DNA from: Gammaproteobacteria bacterium
Lineage (GTDB): Bacteria; Pseudomonadota; Gammaproteobacteria; Xanthomonadales; SZUA-36
NCBI GenBank assembly: GCA_036986175.1
Contig: BTRB01000001.1
Location: 1-50,819 of the forward strand
DNA length: 50,819 nt
Reading direction: 5' to 3'
Both the position numbers and the translations under genes were made by a program. Positions within the stretch are counted from its first letter, which is position 1, and each line of letters begins with the position of its first letter. Below, piece by piece: positions 16,792-23,835 of this stretch. Under the pieces are notes generated by a model. The model worked only from the letters and a program-made list of their open reading frames with translations. It searched no databases and was not told the DNA's origin.

Positions 16792-18561
16792 ATGAATACC
16801 GTGCAACCAACGCCCACTAACGAATCATTGCCGGTAAAAATTGCGGGATACACCAATCTTGTAGATGTGCTTGAGTATGCTGCGCAGGGCGACACCGGTT
16901 ATAACTTCTATGATGGCCGCGGTCGTCTTGGAGACGTACTGTCCTATGCAGATTTGCGTGACCAGGCAAAGGTGCTGGCGCGAAAATTGCTCGGCATGGG
17001 TTGTGAGCGCGGTGCGCGGGTCGGTATTATTGCCGAAACCGAGCCGATGTTTCATCGTTTCTTTTTTGCCTGCCAGTATGCTGGCTTGATCCCCGTTGCT
17101 TTGCCGGCCGGCATTCAACTTGGAGCACACGGCGCGTATGTCGGTCAGGTGCGGCGTATGTTGAAAAGCTGTGGTGCATCAATCGTCGTTGCGCCGGATA
17201 CGCACTCTGGTTTTATGGCGGAGGCCGTGCAAGGTCTTGATTTACTGATGGCTGGTAAGCAGGAAGATTTTGATGCGTTGCCAGAGGCAGTAGTGGAATT
17301 TGTACCACTCGGCGCAGATGATCCAGCTTATCTGCAATATACCTCGGGTAGCACCAGTTTCCCGCGTGGGGTGGAGATAACCCAGCAAACCGTATTGAAC
17401 AACCTGGTGGAGATTGCCCTTTACGGACTGAAGTTGACTGCCGAGGACCGTTTTGTATCGTGGTTGCCTTTTTATCATGACATGGGCCTGGTCGGTTTTA
17501 TCCTGGTTCCGTTGATTGGCCAGTTATCCGTGGATTATCTGGGTTCACGTACATTTGCGATGCGTCCAAGACTTTGGCTGAAAATCCTGTCTGATAACAA
17601 GGGTACGATTTCCTCAGCCCCGACATTCGGTTACGCATTGTGTGCAAAGCGTTTGCGGGCTTCAGACGTTGAAACCTATGACCTCAGTAACTGGCGGGCT
17701 GCGTGTGTAGGCGCCGAGAGAATCAGCCCGGAACCTCTGCAGGAATTTGCAGAAATCCTGCAGCCCAGTGGCTTTGATCAGAATGCGTTTGTTGCTTGCT
17801 ACGGCATGGCCGAATGTGTGCTGGCCACCAGTTTCGCACCGTTGGGGGGAGGGCTGAAAGTCGATGTGGTGGACAGGAGTTTGATGGCTGCTACAGGTGA
17901 AGCCAAACCTTCTGACGGAGATATGCTTTCCACTTCACACTATGTTGATTGCGGCAAGCTTTTACCCGGTTTTGAATTTGCAATTATCAATGATGATGGC
18001 GATATACTGGAAGATCGGCACTGCGGCCATATCTTTCTAAAGGGCTCCAGTGTGATGCGCGGATACTACAACGATGAAGAATCCACACGTAAAGTCCTGT
18101 CTGAGGATGGCTGGTTGAATACCGGTGATATTGGGTATCGCATTGGCGATCACCTGGTCATTACCTCCCGTAGCAAGGATGTCATTATCATCAAGGGGCG
18201 TAATATCTGGCCCTATGACCTCGAAGTGCTGGCCCAGCAGACCGATGGTGTCAAGCTCGGGGGCGTGGCGGCGTTTTCAGTAACTGCCGATGGTGAGGAA
18301 GAACAGGCCATACTCGTGGTAGAAACCAAGGAAAGGGATTTACAAAAGCGCCGGCATATCATTGAAGATATCAGTCGCTCCATTCACGCTCATTTTGGAA
18401 TTAGTGTACTGATTGATCTGACCCGGCGTGGGACACTGCCAAGGACGTCTTCCGGTAAGCTTTCCAGATCCCAATCCAAGCAGGATTATCTGGCACGCCA
18501 GACCTTGCAGAAAGTAGAACAGTCAGCGGCCAGGGCCAAGTCCGACAGGCTGACGGCCTGA
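16792..18561 (+). CDS. Fatty acyl-AMP ligase (FAAL) / acyl-ACP synthetase-like adenylating enzyme
   Basis: AMP-binding core motifs are of FAAL flavour: YLQYTSGSTSFPRGVEITQ, WLPFYHDMGLVGF, NTGDIGY, SRSKDVIIIKGRNIWPYDLE. The ORF-track start is TTG 16753; ATG 16792 (MNTVQPT) is more likely. The stop TGA 18559-18561 lies 1 nt before the next gene. Confidence 0.8.
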   Translation: MNTVQPTPTNESLPVKIAGYTNLVDVLEYAAQGDTGYNFYDGRGRLGDVLSYADLRDQAKVLARKLLGMGCERGARVGIIAETEPMFHRFFFACQYAGLIPVALPAGIQLGAHGAYVGQVRRMLKSCGASIVVAPDTHSGFMAEAVQGLDLLMAGKQEDFDALPEAVVEFVPLGADDPAYLQYTSGSTSFPRGVEITQQTVLNNLVEIALYGLKLTAEDRFVSWLPFYHDMGLVGFILVPLIGQLSVDYLGSRTFAMRPRLWLKILSDNKGTISSAPTFGYALCAKRLRASDVETYDLSNWRAACVGAERISPEPLQEFAEILQPSGFDQNAFVACYGMAECVLATSFAPLGGGLKVDVVDRSLMAATGEAKPSDGDMLSTSHYVDCGKLLPGFEFAIINDDGDILEDRHCGHIFLKGSSVMRGYYNDEESTRKVLSEDGWLNTGDIGYRIGDHLVITSRSKDVIIIKGRNIWPYDLEVLAQQTDGVKLGGVAAFSVTADGEEEQAILVVETKERDLQKRRHIIEDISRSIHAHFGISVLIDLTRRGTLPRTSSGKLSRSQSKQDYLARQTLQKVEQSAARAKSDRLTA

Positions 18562-18562
18562 C

Positions 18563-19489
18563 TTGCCGGTACCTCTTTCATCCGTATTCATCACCGGGGC
18601 AACCGGTTTTATCGGGCAACACCTTGTCACCACCCTGCTGGAACAGGGCTATACCGTGCGGGCAATGGTCCGCCCGGGGAAAGTCACGGATGAACGGATA
18701 CCTGCTCTTTGTGAGCAGTTCCCCGTCGGTTTGACCGATGTAGATGGCCTGACAGCCATCGTAGGTGGTTGCGATGCAGTCATTTATTGCGCAGGCAGCG
18801 TCAGGGGCAGAAACCCGGATGATTTTTCAATTGCTAACATCAACGGTGTCAGGGCGATGCTGGAAGCCCTGGGGCGTGTGCCTGAGGCACCGCCATTGCT
18901 GCTGGTATCATCATTGGCCGCGGGTCGCCCACAACTTTCAGACTATTCCTTCAGCAAGCATGCAGGTGAACAGCTGTTGCTGGACAGGCCTTCGCTGGCC
19001 TGGACCATACTTCGCCCGCCAGCTGTTTATGGACCAGGCGACAGGGAAATGCTGCCGGTATTGAAAATGGCGCGCCGCGGTCTGTTGGTTTATGCCGGCC
19101 CGGCTGATCAACGCTTGTCGCTGCTACACGTCGATGATCTTGCCAGGGCAGTGCTAGCCTGGTTGGCGTCATGGCAAAAATGCCTGCACAAGATATACGC
19201 CATTGATGATGGCAGACCCAACGGCTACGACTGGCCGGCCATTGGGGAAGCGGTAAGCGCCGGAAAATATCGGCAACTTAAATTACCCCGCTTATTGCTG
19301 GATGTCACAGCAAGATCAAACTTGATGGTTGCGAAATTAATGGGCTACCGACCCATGCTGACACCAGGGAAAGTCAGGGAGCTGGTGCAAACGGATTGGC
19401 TGGGTGACAACAGTGATTTCACGGCGGCTACGGGATGGAAACCGAATCTGGATTTGCGCGCCGGGGCAGAGCAACTATTTGGAGCATGA
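18563..19489 (+). CDS. NAD(P)-dependent epimerase/dehydratase-family SDR (CerR-like candidate 3-keto reductase)
   Basis: 308-aa ORF with a TTG start 1 nt after the FAAL stop. It has the Rossmann motif VFITGATGFIGQHLV and catalytic YSFSK (YxxxK). It holds the same position between acyl-ACP synthetase and ACP as Caulobacter CerR, as I recall. Confidence 0.65.
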   Translation: MPVPLSSVFITGATGFIGQHLVTTLLEQGYTVRAMVRPGKVTDERIPALCEQFPVGLTDVDGLTAIVGGCDAVIYCAGSVRGRNPDDFSIANINGVRAMLEALGRVPEAPPLLLVSSLAAGRPQLSDYSFSKHAGEQLLLDRPSLAWTILRPPAVYGPGDREMLPVLKMARRGLLVYAGPADQRLSLLHVDDLARAVLAWLASWQKCLHKIYAIDDGRPNGYDWPAIGEAVSAGKYRQLKLPRLLLDVTARSNLMVAKLMGYRPMLTPGKVRELVQTDWLGDNSDFTAATGWKPNLDLRAGAEQLFGA

Positions 19490-19491
19490 AC

Positions 19492-19520
19492 TAGGGCCTG
19501 ATAAGTGTTAACAGGCCCTA
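19492..19520 (+). terminator. Hairpin after the SDR gene (attenuator/terminator-like or REP-like)
   Basis: TAGGGCCTG (19492-19500) pairs with CAGGCCCTA (19512-19520): a 9-bp stem with an 11-nt loop. No U-run follows. The 3' arm is part of the 19-nt repeat. Confidence 0.3.
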
Positions 19521-19521
19521 A
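19503..19521 (+). repeat. 19-nt exact repeat AAGTGTTAACAGGCCCTAA, copy 1
   Basis: It is identical to 35686-35704 in the same orientation, and the flanking bases differ on both sides. It contains the 8-bp palindrome TGTTAACA. Confidence 0.9.
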
Positions 19522-19626
19522 CACAAAATTGACGTGCATTCCTGTCAACCTGCGCTACAATTCCCCAACCTGCAGGTTCCAAGCCTGCGGCTCCAAAACT
19601 GTAGATAGGTCCTGGTGGAGGATTTT

Positions 19627-19899
19627 TTGAAATTATCGACTGAAGCAGTGGGTAGCAAGCTTGCGGAGATCCTGGCTCAATACCTCAGGAAAAACTGGAT
19701 TGACACACCGGCGATCGAGCGGGAAATTACACCGGCGACCAATATGGTGTCTGATTTGCAACTGGATTCATTCCAGGTAATGGAGTTCATGCTGGAGGTG
19801 GAAGATCATTACGATATCGCTATTGACCTCGAAAGCTTGTCCAATGTCCAGACCATTCTAGACCTTGCCGGCGTGGTCATCGCTGTGCATAACGAATGA
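19627..19899 (+). CDS. Acyl carrier protein (phosphopantetheine attachment site)
   Basis: 90-aa ORF from TTG 19627, preceded by GGAGG (19617-19621); the ORF-track start is GTG 19615. The PP-binding motif is DLQLDSFQVMEFMLEVE, with Ser in LDS. The stop at 19897-19899 lies 4 nt before the next ATG. Confidence 0.8.
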   Translation: MKLSTEAVGSKLAEILAQYLRKNWIDTPAIEREITPATNMVSDLQLDSFQVMEFMLEVEDHYDIAIDLESLSNVQTILDLAGVVIAVHNE

Positions 19900-19903
19900 C
19901 GAT

Positions 19904-21073
19904 ATGTCACTTTTTGAGAAATTTGCCGCTGCGAAGCAGCTTAGAGCAGGCCTTGCCAGTGCAGGCGTGGACCCGACCGGCGTCGTGTTTGATACCCTCA
20001 ACTCGGCAACTGAAGGTGTCGTCAAAGGGCGCAGGACAATACTCGCAGGCACCAACAATTACCTTGGCCTGACTTTTAACCAGGAATGTATTGCTGCCGG
20101 CGTGGCTGCGCTTGAATCACAGGGTACCGGCACGACTGGTTCGCGTATGGCCAATGGCAGTTACGCAGCCCACGGTGCGCTCGAAGCAGAACTGGCTGAT
20201 TTTTTCCAGTGTCCCCATGCCATGGTCTTTTCAACGGGTTATACCGCCAATCTGGGCGTACTCACTGCACTACTGGGCAGGGATGATGCAGTCCTGCTGG
20301 ATTCTGATGCCCACGCGAGTCTTTACGATGGCTGCTACATGAGTGGGGCTGGTATTTTCCGCTTCAAGCACAATGATCTGCAAAGCCTGGAACGTCGTCT
20401 CGTACGGCTCAAGGACCGTGCCAGCGGTTGCCTGATCGTTGTTGAAGGTATGTACAGCGTGCTGGGAGATTGTGCTCCTTTGGCAGAATTTGTTGCACTC
20501 AAGGAACGTTTTGGCGCCAGCCTGCTGGTCGATGAGGCACACTCCCTCGGTGTCTACGGTGAGCGTGGTCGTGGAGTCGCCGAGGCGCAGGGCGTACTGG
20601 ATAAGGTTGATTTCATTGTTGGAACGTTCAGCAAAAGTCTGGGTGCAATGGGTGGATTCTGTGCCAGCAGGCACAATGTGTTGGGATTGTTCCGCTATGT
20701 TTCCCGACCATTCATGTTTACCGCGTCCCCCAGCCCGGCAGTGGTGGCTACCACCCGTGAGGCCCTGAGGCAGTTACGCGCGCGCCCTGAGTTAAAAGAA
20801 ACCTTGTGGGCAAATGCAAGACAGCTTTATAGCGGTTTACAGGACCTTGGCTTTGAGCTCGGGCCGGAAGTCAGCCCGGTTGTGGCAGTGCGGTGTAAGG
20901 ACAGGGAAACAGCACTTGCAAACTGGAACCAACTGTTGGAAGCCGGTGTTTACGTCAACATGATGCTGCCCCCGGCAACACCTGACGGTGGCAGCTTCCT
21001 GCGCAGCAGTGTCAGTGCAGCACACACCCCAGAGCAAATCAAAACCATCATCAGCGCATTTAAAGACCTGTAG
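19904..21073 (+). CDS. spt: Serine palmitoyltransferase-like alpha-oxoamine synthase (PLP-dependent)
   Basis: 389 aa from ATG 19904. The motifs NNYLGLTFNQECIAAGVAALESQGTGTTGSRMANGS and the PLP-lysine context GTFSKSLGAMGGF resemble the Sphingomonas SPT motifs as I recall them (GSRMLNGT, GTFSKSVGTVGGF) more than BioF or Kbl. It is linked to FAAL, SDR and ACP. Confidence 0.75.
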   Translation: MSLFEKFAAAKQLRAGLASAGVDPTGVVFDTLNSATEGVVKGRRTILAGTNNYLGLTFNQECIAAGVAALESQGTGTTGSRMANGSYAAHGALEAELADFFQCPHAMVFSTGYTANLGVLTALLGRDDAVLLDSDAHASLYDGCYMSGAGIFRFKHNDLQSLERRLVRLKDRASGCLIVVEGMYSVLGDCAPLAEFVALKERFGASLLVDEAHSLGVYGERGRGVAEAQGVLDKVDFIVGTFSKSLGAMGGFCASRHNVLGLFRYVSRPFMFTASPSPAVVATTREALRQLRARPELKETLWANARQLYSGLQDLGFELGPEVSPVVAVRCKDRETALANWNQLLEAGVYVNMMLPPATPDGGSFLRSSVSAAHTPEQIKTIISAFKDL

Positions 21074-21077
21074 GAGG

Positions 21078-21094
21078 GAGCAGCTTTGCTGCTC
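21078..21094 (+). terminator. Short hairpin just after the spt stop
   Basis: GAGCAGC-TTT-GCTGCTC has a 7-bp stem and begins 5 nt after TAG 21071-21073. There is no U-tract, so it is weak as an intrinsic terminator. Confidence 0.3.
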
Positions 21095-21096
21095 GC

Positions 21097-21469
21097 GATT
21101 CTATAAGATTTGCACCATCCGAACGCGGCGACACGGGGTACCTGCCCTCTGAGACACGCATGAACCCATCCATGGGGCTCGGGGCCTGCTCCCGGCAGGC
21201 CACGGTCCCAGAGGGCAGGTACCCCATATCCCCGCTTGGTGTTGGGGATTCTGATGGGGTGGGCAATTGCAAGCAGCGGGCCCGCTTCTCCAACACGAGT
21301 CCGCCCCCAACAAGAATCTACTGAGCCCAGCGGGGATACGGGGGGTGTACTCCCTGAGACCGTGGCCTGCCGGGAGCAGGCCCCGAGCCTACAGGACGTA
21401 CTCGTGGCGTGTCTCTGGGGGTACACCCCCCGTGTCCCCGCAGCAGGATGGTGCAAATCTTATAGAATC
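21097..21469. repeat. 373-bp nested giant imperfect palindrome (MITE-like or structured-RNA-like element)
   Basis: Perfect 24-bp terminal inverted repeats are GATTCTATAAGATTTGCACCATCC (21097-21120) and its reverse complement (21446-21469). A perfect 32-bp internal inverted repeat is GGCTCGGGGCCTGCTCCCGGCAGGCCACGGTC (21176-21207) and its reverse complement (21358-21389). The centre is the 12-bp palindrome AGCGGGCCCGCT (21275-21286). Each arm is itself a hairpin. Confidence 0.85.
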
Positions 21470-21487
21470 GTGTCCAGCGGAACTGAT

Positions 21488-21551
21488 GGCCCAGGCCATG
21501 CTCCCCACCGGTTCCCGGTGGCCCAGGCCAGCTTCTCGACCGGTTCCCGGT
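21488..21551. repeat. Tandem direct repeat, 2 x 32 bp
   Basis: GGCCCAGGCCATGCTCCCCACCGGTTCCCGGT (21488-21519) is followed directly by GGCCCAGGCCAGCTTCTCGACCGGTTCCCGGT (21520-21551). Each unit ends in the small hairpin ACCGG-TTC-CCGGT. The second is followed by the T-rich TTACCTTCTTTC. Confidence 0.8.
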
Positions 21552-21586
21552 CTTACCTTCTTTCACCATCTCTCACTTCCTCCCTC

Positions 21587-22864
21587 CTACATTTTCCGTA
21601 CCAACCCCAACATCAATAGCAGGGTCAGCAATGTGCCCACACTTGCTGCTACACCCGGTCCCGGCAAACCCATAACCGGTGTCAGCACGTAAAACAGGCC
21701 GAGGTAAACCACAACACTTAGCATATAAATGCGCAGGATCTGTGCAACCTTGCCCATGGCGTACGCAGCGGCGCGTAATGGTGAACCCGCGAGCTCGAAG
21801 GTCGCCGCCAACAGCATAAGGGTCAGGAGAGATGCGGCCTCGGTATATTCAGGTCCGATGATTTCAAGAATCGGTGCCGCAGCGGGGATTGACAGCAATA
21901 CGAGCAAGAGTCCTGCAGCTCCCGCTGTCTTGACAGCACGGAAACCGAGTTCATGAAACCCTGCTGCTTTGTTGTGCAAAATACGGGTCAGATCAGGGAA
22001 CAGCACTTCACGCAACATCATGGCCGGTTTGCTTAAGATACTTGAGAAATCGCGCGCCAGCCGGAACATGCCTGCGGCAGCCGGTCCCAGCAGATTGCCT
22101 GCGAGCAGAACGGCAAGATGTTTCGGCAGCAGGTCAATATTGGTCTGCCAGTACACCACGGCAATGAAATGACGGAACTCCCCGCTGGTTTTACCAATCT
22201 CCTTCCAACTGCCTCCTTTCCAGATACTACTGTTGAGATGTCTGTAGAATTCAAGGTGGCCCCGTATGAACAACCATGTATTTTCCAGTACGAACGCGGC
22301 TGCCCAAATGGCGATGAAAATACGTATGTCGGCATCCATGGTCCAGGCAATGGCTACACCGGTGATGCGGATCGCCGGACCTACGGTGTAGAAGACACTG
22401 AGCGCATCAAAGCGGTCATACAGCCGCAAAATTCCATTGGGCGTGTTGCTGACAGTGGTCAGCATCACCAGGCTGTACAGGCTCGCCAGCGATATCATCT
22501 CTGCGTCCCAGTACAGGAAACTACCCGCGAAAGACGCTGCTGAAATGCCCAAAAGCGTGGCTGCCGCGGCGGATGTGAGGTCAATCGCTGTAGTGGTGCG
22601 GAACAGTTGTTTCAGGCCTTCATCTTCACCATTTTCATGCTGTGGAACACCGAACCGTACAATCGCCTCGTAGGTTCTGAAATTCAGGATGCCCCTTACT
22701 GCCAGTACATAGGTGTGTAACAGGATGACCAGTCCAAATTCGGTTGCGGACAAGGCATTTGCCATCAGCGCAGTTGCCGCCAGGTTGAAAATTGCCGCAA
22801 TTCCGCGTCCGCGCAAAACCACACCGAAATTTCTCAACACGCGTCCGGAAACAGCTTTATCCAT
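21587..22864 (-). CDS. MOP/Wzx-type polysaccharide or lipid flippase family membrane protein
   Basis: A polytopic hydrophobic ORF with a Wzx-like N-terminus (VLRNFGVVLRGRGIAAIFNLAATALMANALSATEFG). I place the start at ATG 22864, which overlaps the upstream stop as TGATG. The ORF track extends to 22909. Confidence 0.6.
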   Translation of the reverse strand: MDKAVSGRVLRNFGVVLRGRGIAAIFNLAATALMANALSATEFGLVILLHTYVLAVRGILNFRTYEAIVRFGVPQHENGEDEGLKQLFRTTTAIDLTSAAAATLLGISAASFAGSFLYWDAEMISLASLYSLVMLTTVSNTPNGILRLYDRFDALSVFYTVGPAIRITGVAIAWTMDADIRIFIAIWAAAFVLENTWLFIRGHLEFYRHLNSSIWKGGSWKEIGKTSGEFRHFIAVVYWQTNIDLLPKHLAVLLAGNLLGPAAAGMFRLARDFSSILSKPAMMLREVLFPDLTRILHNKAAGFHELGFRAVKTAGAAGLLLVLLSIPAAAPILEIIGPEYTEAASLLTLMLLAATFELAGSPLRAAAYAMGKVAQILRIYMLSVVVYLGLFYVLTPVMGLPGPGVAASVGTLLTLLLMLGLVRKM

Positions 22865-23835
22865 CAGCGGAAAGCCCCCTGCCGGTGGAGCTTCCACAAC
22901 AATGGCCAAGCGAAGATCAAAGGGTGTTTAAGCTGCCGGGCACTTGGCTCGATATAAATACCGGTATGCCGTTCAACTTTCCATAGCAGGTACTGTAGTG
23001 GTCCATTGAAGGTGAACGCAGCTTTGAAAAGCCGTAGCATGGATAACAACTTGCCCTGCACACGGCGTAGCCACCAGCTAACTGAGGAGAATTTCCTGGC
23101 GACGGTACTGCTTTGGTTGCAATACACATCGTGCTGCGTGGTGGTTGACAGGTTTGCGCCGCTCCCGGCCAGCGACCGGGCAATCCCGTCATACCAGGCA
23201 GGATTAAAGTCGTATAGTGATTCAGCACGATTGCTGCTTTCCGTACGCAGCTCACAACGGTAGGTCTGTGAAAGGCCACTGGTCCATAATTCCCGGCTAC
23301 TGAACCGGTCGGGCAGGGAGGGTATCACGTGTTTCACAAAAGTAGCTGAGGCTGTTCCAAATGCATTGACCAAGGCCATTTTGGTTGCCTCGTCACGGGC
23401 AAACAGTACCTCGCAGGGCTGTGCAAAACGTGCCCAGAAATAGGAGTGAAAATCATGCGCCATGGCGTGGCAAAACCGGTCCAGCGTCAGCAGTGCATAT
23501 TTTGCCCGCATATCACTACTTTCTGTACCGGGTCCTGTTACCTTGTGGTGGATGTGGTACACATTGGGTGGAAGCAAGCGGCACATCCATCCTTGCCAGG
23601 GAGAATCCAGCGTACGGTAATCCTCCACCAGCACATAGAAATCCAGCATGGTGTCGCGCTTGCCGCGCAGCCAGGAGCCGTAGACCAGTATGGCCAGCAA
23701 AGCATCACCGTGTTGCTGTTTTATTTTGCTGAGAAGAGGTTCGAGACTGGCATAATCGTCCAGGTTTGCCTGGCACCCGTGGTCCACGCCGCTACCCAGT
23801 TCCACGGGTTTTTGTGGCTTATCATTTGGGTGCAT
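22864..23835 (-). CDS. Tam41/Mmp37-like nucleotidyltransferase (candidate lipid-phosphate cytidylyltransferase)
   Basis: The NTase signature is ILVYGSWLRGKRDTMLDFYVLV (GS ... DxD). Downstream blocks resemble my memory of the Tam41/Mmp37 profile: NVYHI, AKYALLTLDRF, YFWARFAQPCEVLF, SRELWTSGLSQTYRCELR. The start is uncertain: ATG 23835 overlaps the upstream gene by 14 nt, and other in-frame ATGs occur up to 23904. Confidence 0.5.
   Translation of the reverse strand: MHPNDKPQKPVELGSGVDHGCQANLDDYASLEPLLSKIKQQHGDALLAILVYGSWLRGKRDTMLDFYVLVEDYRTLDSPWQGWMCRLLPPNVYHIHHKVTGPGTESSDMRAKYALLTLDRFCHAMAHDFHSYFWARFAQPCEVLFARDEATKMALVNAFGTASATFVKHVIPSLPDRFSSRELWTSGLSQTYRCELRTESSNRAESLYDFNPAWYDGIARSLAGSGANLSTTTQHDVYCNQSSTVARKFSSVSWWLRRVQGKLLSMLRLFKAAFTFNGPLQYLLWKVERHTGIYIEPSARQLKHPLIFAWPLLWKLHRQGAFR

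Noticed and set aside
19491-19521. Integron attC-like or dif-like recombination site, prompted by GTTAAC...GCCCTAAC resembling core and inverse-core sites.
   Set aside because: The sequence does not fit RYYYAAC / GTTRRRY without an extra base. No integrase or cassette structure is present, and there is no similarity to the dif consensus.
19567-19578. Short perfect palindromes AACCTGCAGGTT (19567-19578) and TTACCGGTAA (39055-39064).
   Set aside because: Palindromes of 10-12 bp are expected many times by chance in 50 kb (about 12 for 12-mers and about 50 for 10-mers). Nothing else supports a function for these two.
20950-21692. ORFs of 70-168 aa covering the spt-flippase spacer (20950-21456 minus, 21236-21619 plus, 21267-21692 plus), which share peptide strings such as VACREQAPS on both strands.
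   Set aside because: The shared peptides are a direct consequence of the inverted-repeat DNA. The ORFs are Pro-, Gly- and Arg-rich, lack start contexts, and run into neighbouring genes. The region is better explained as a repeat element.
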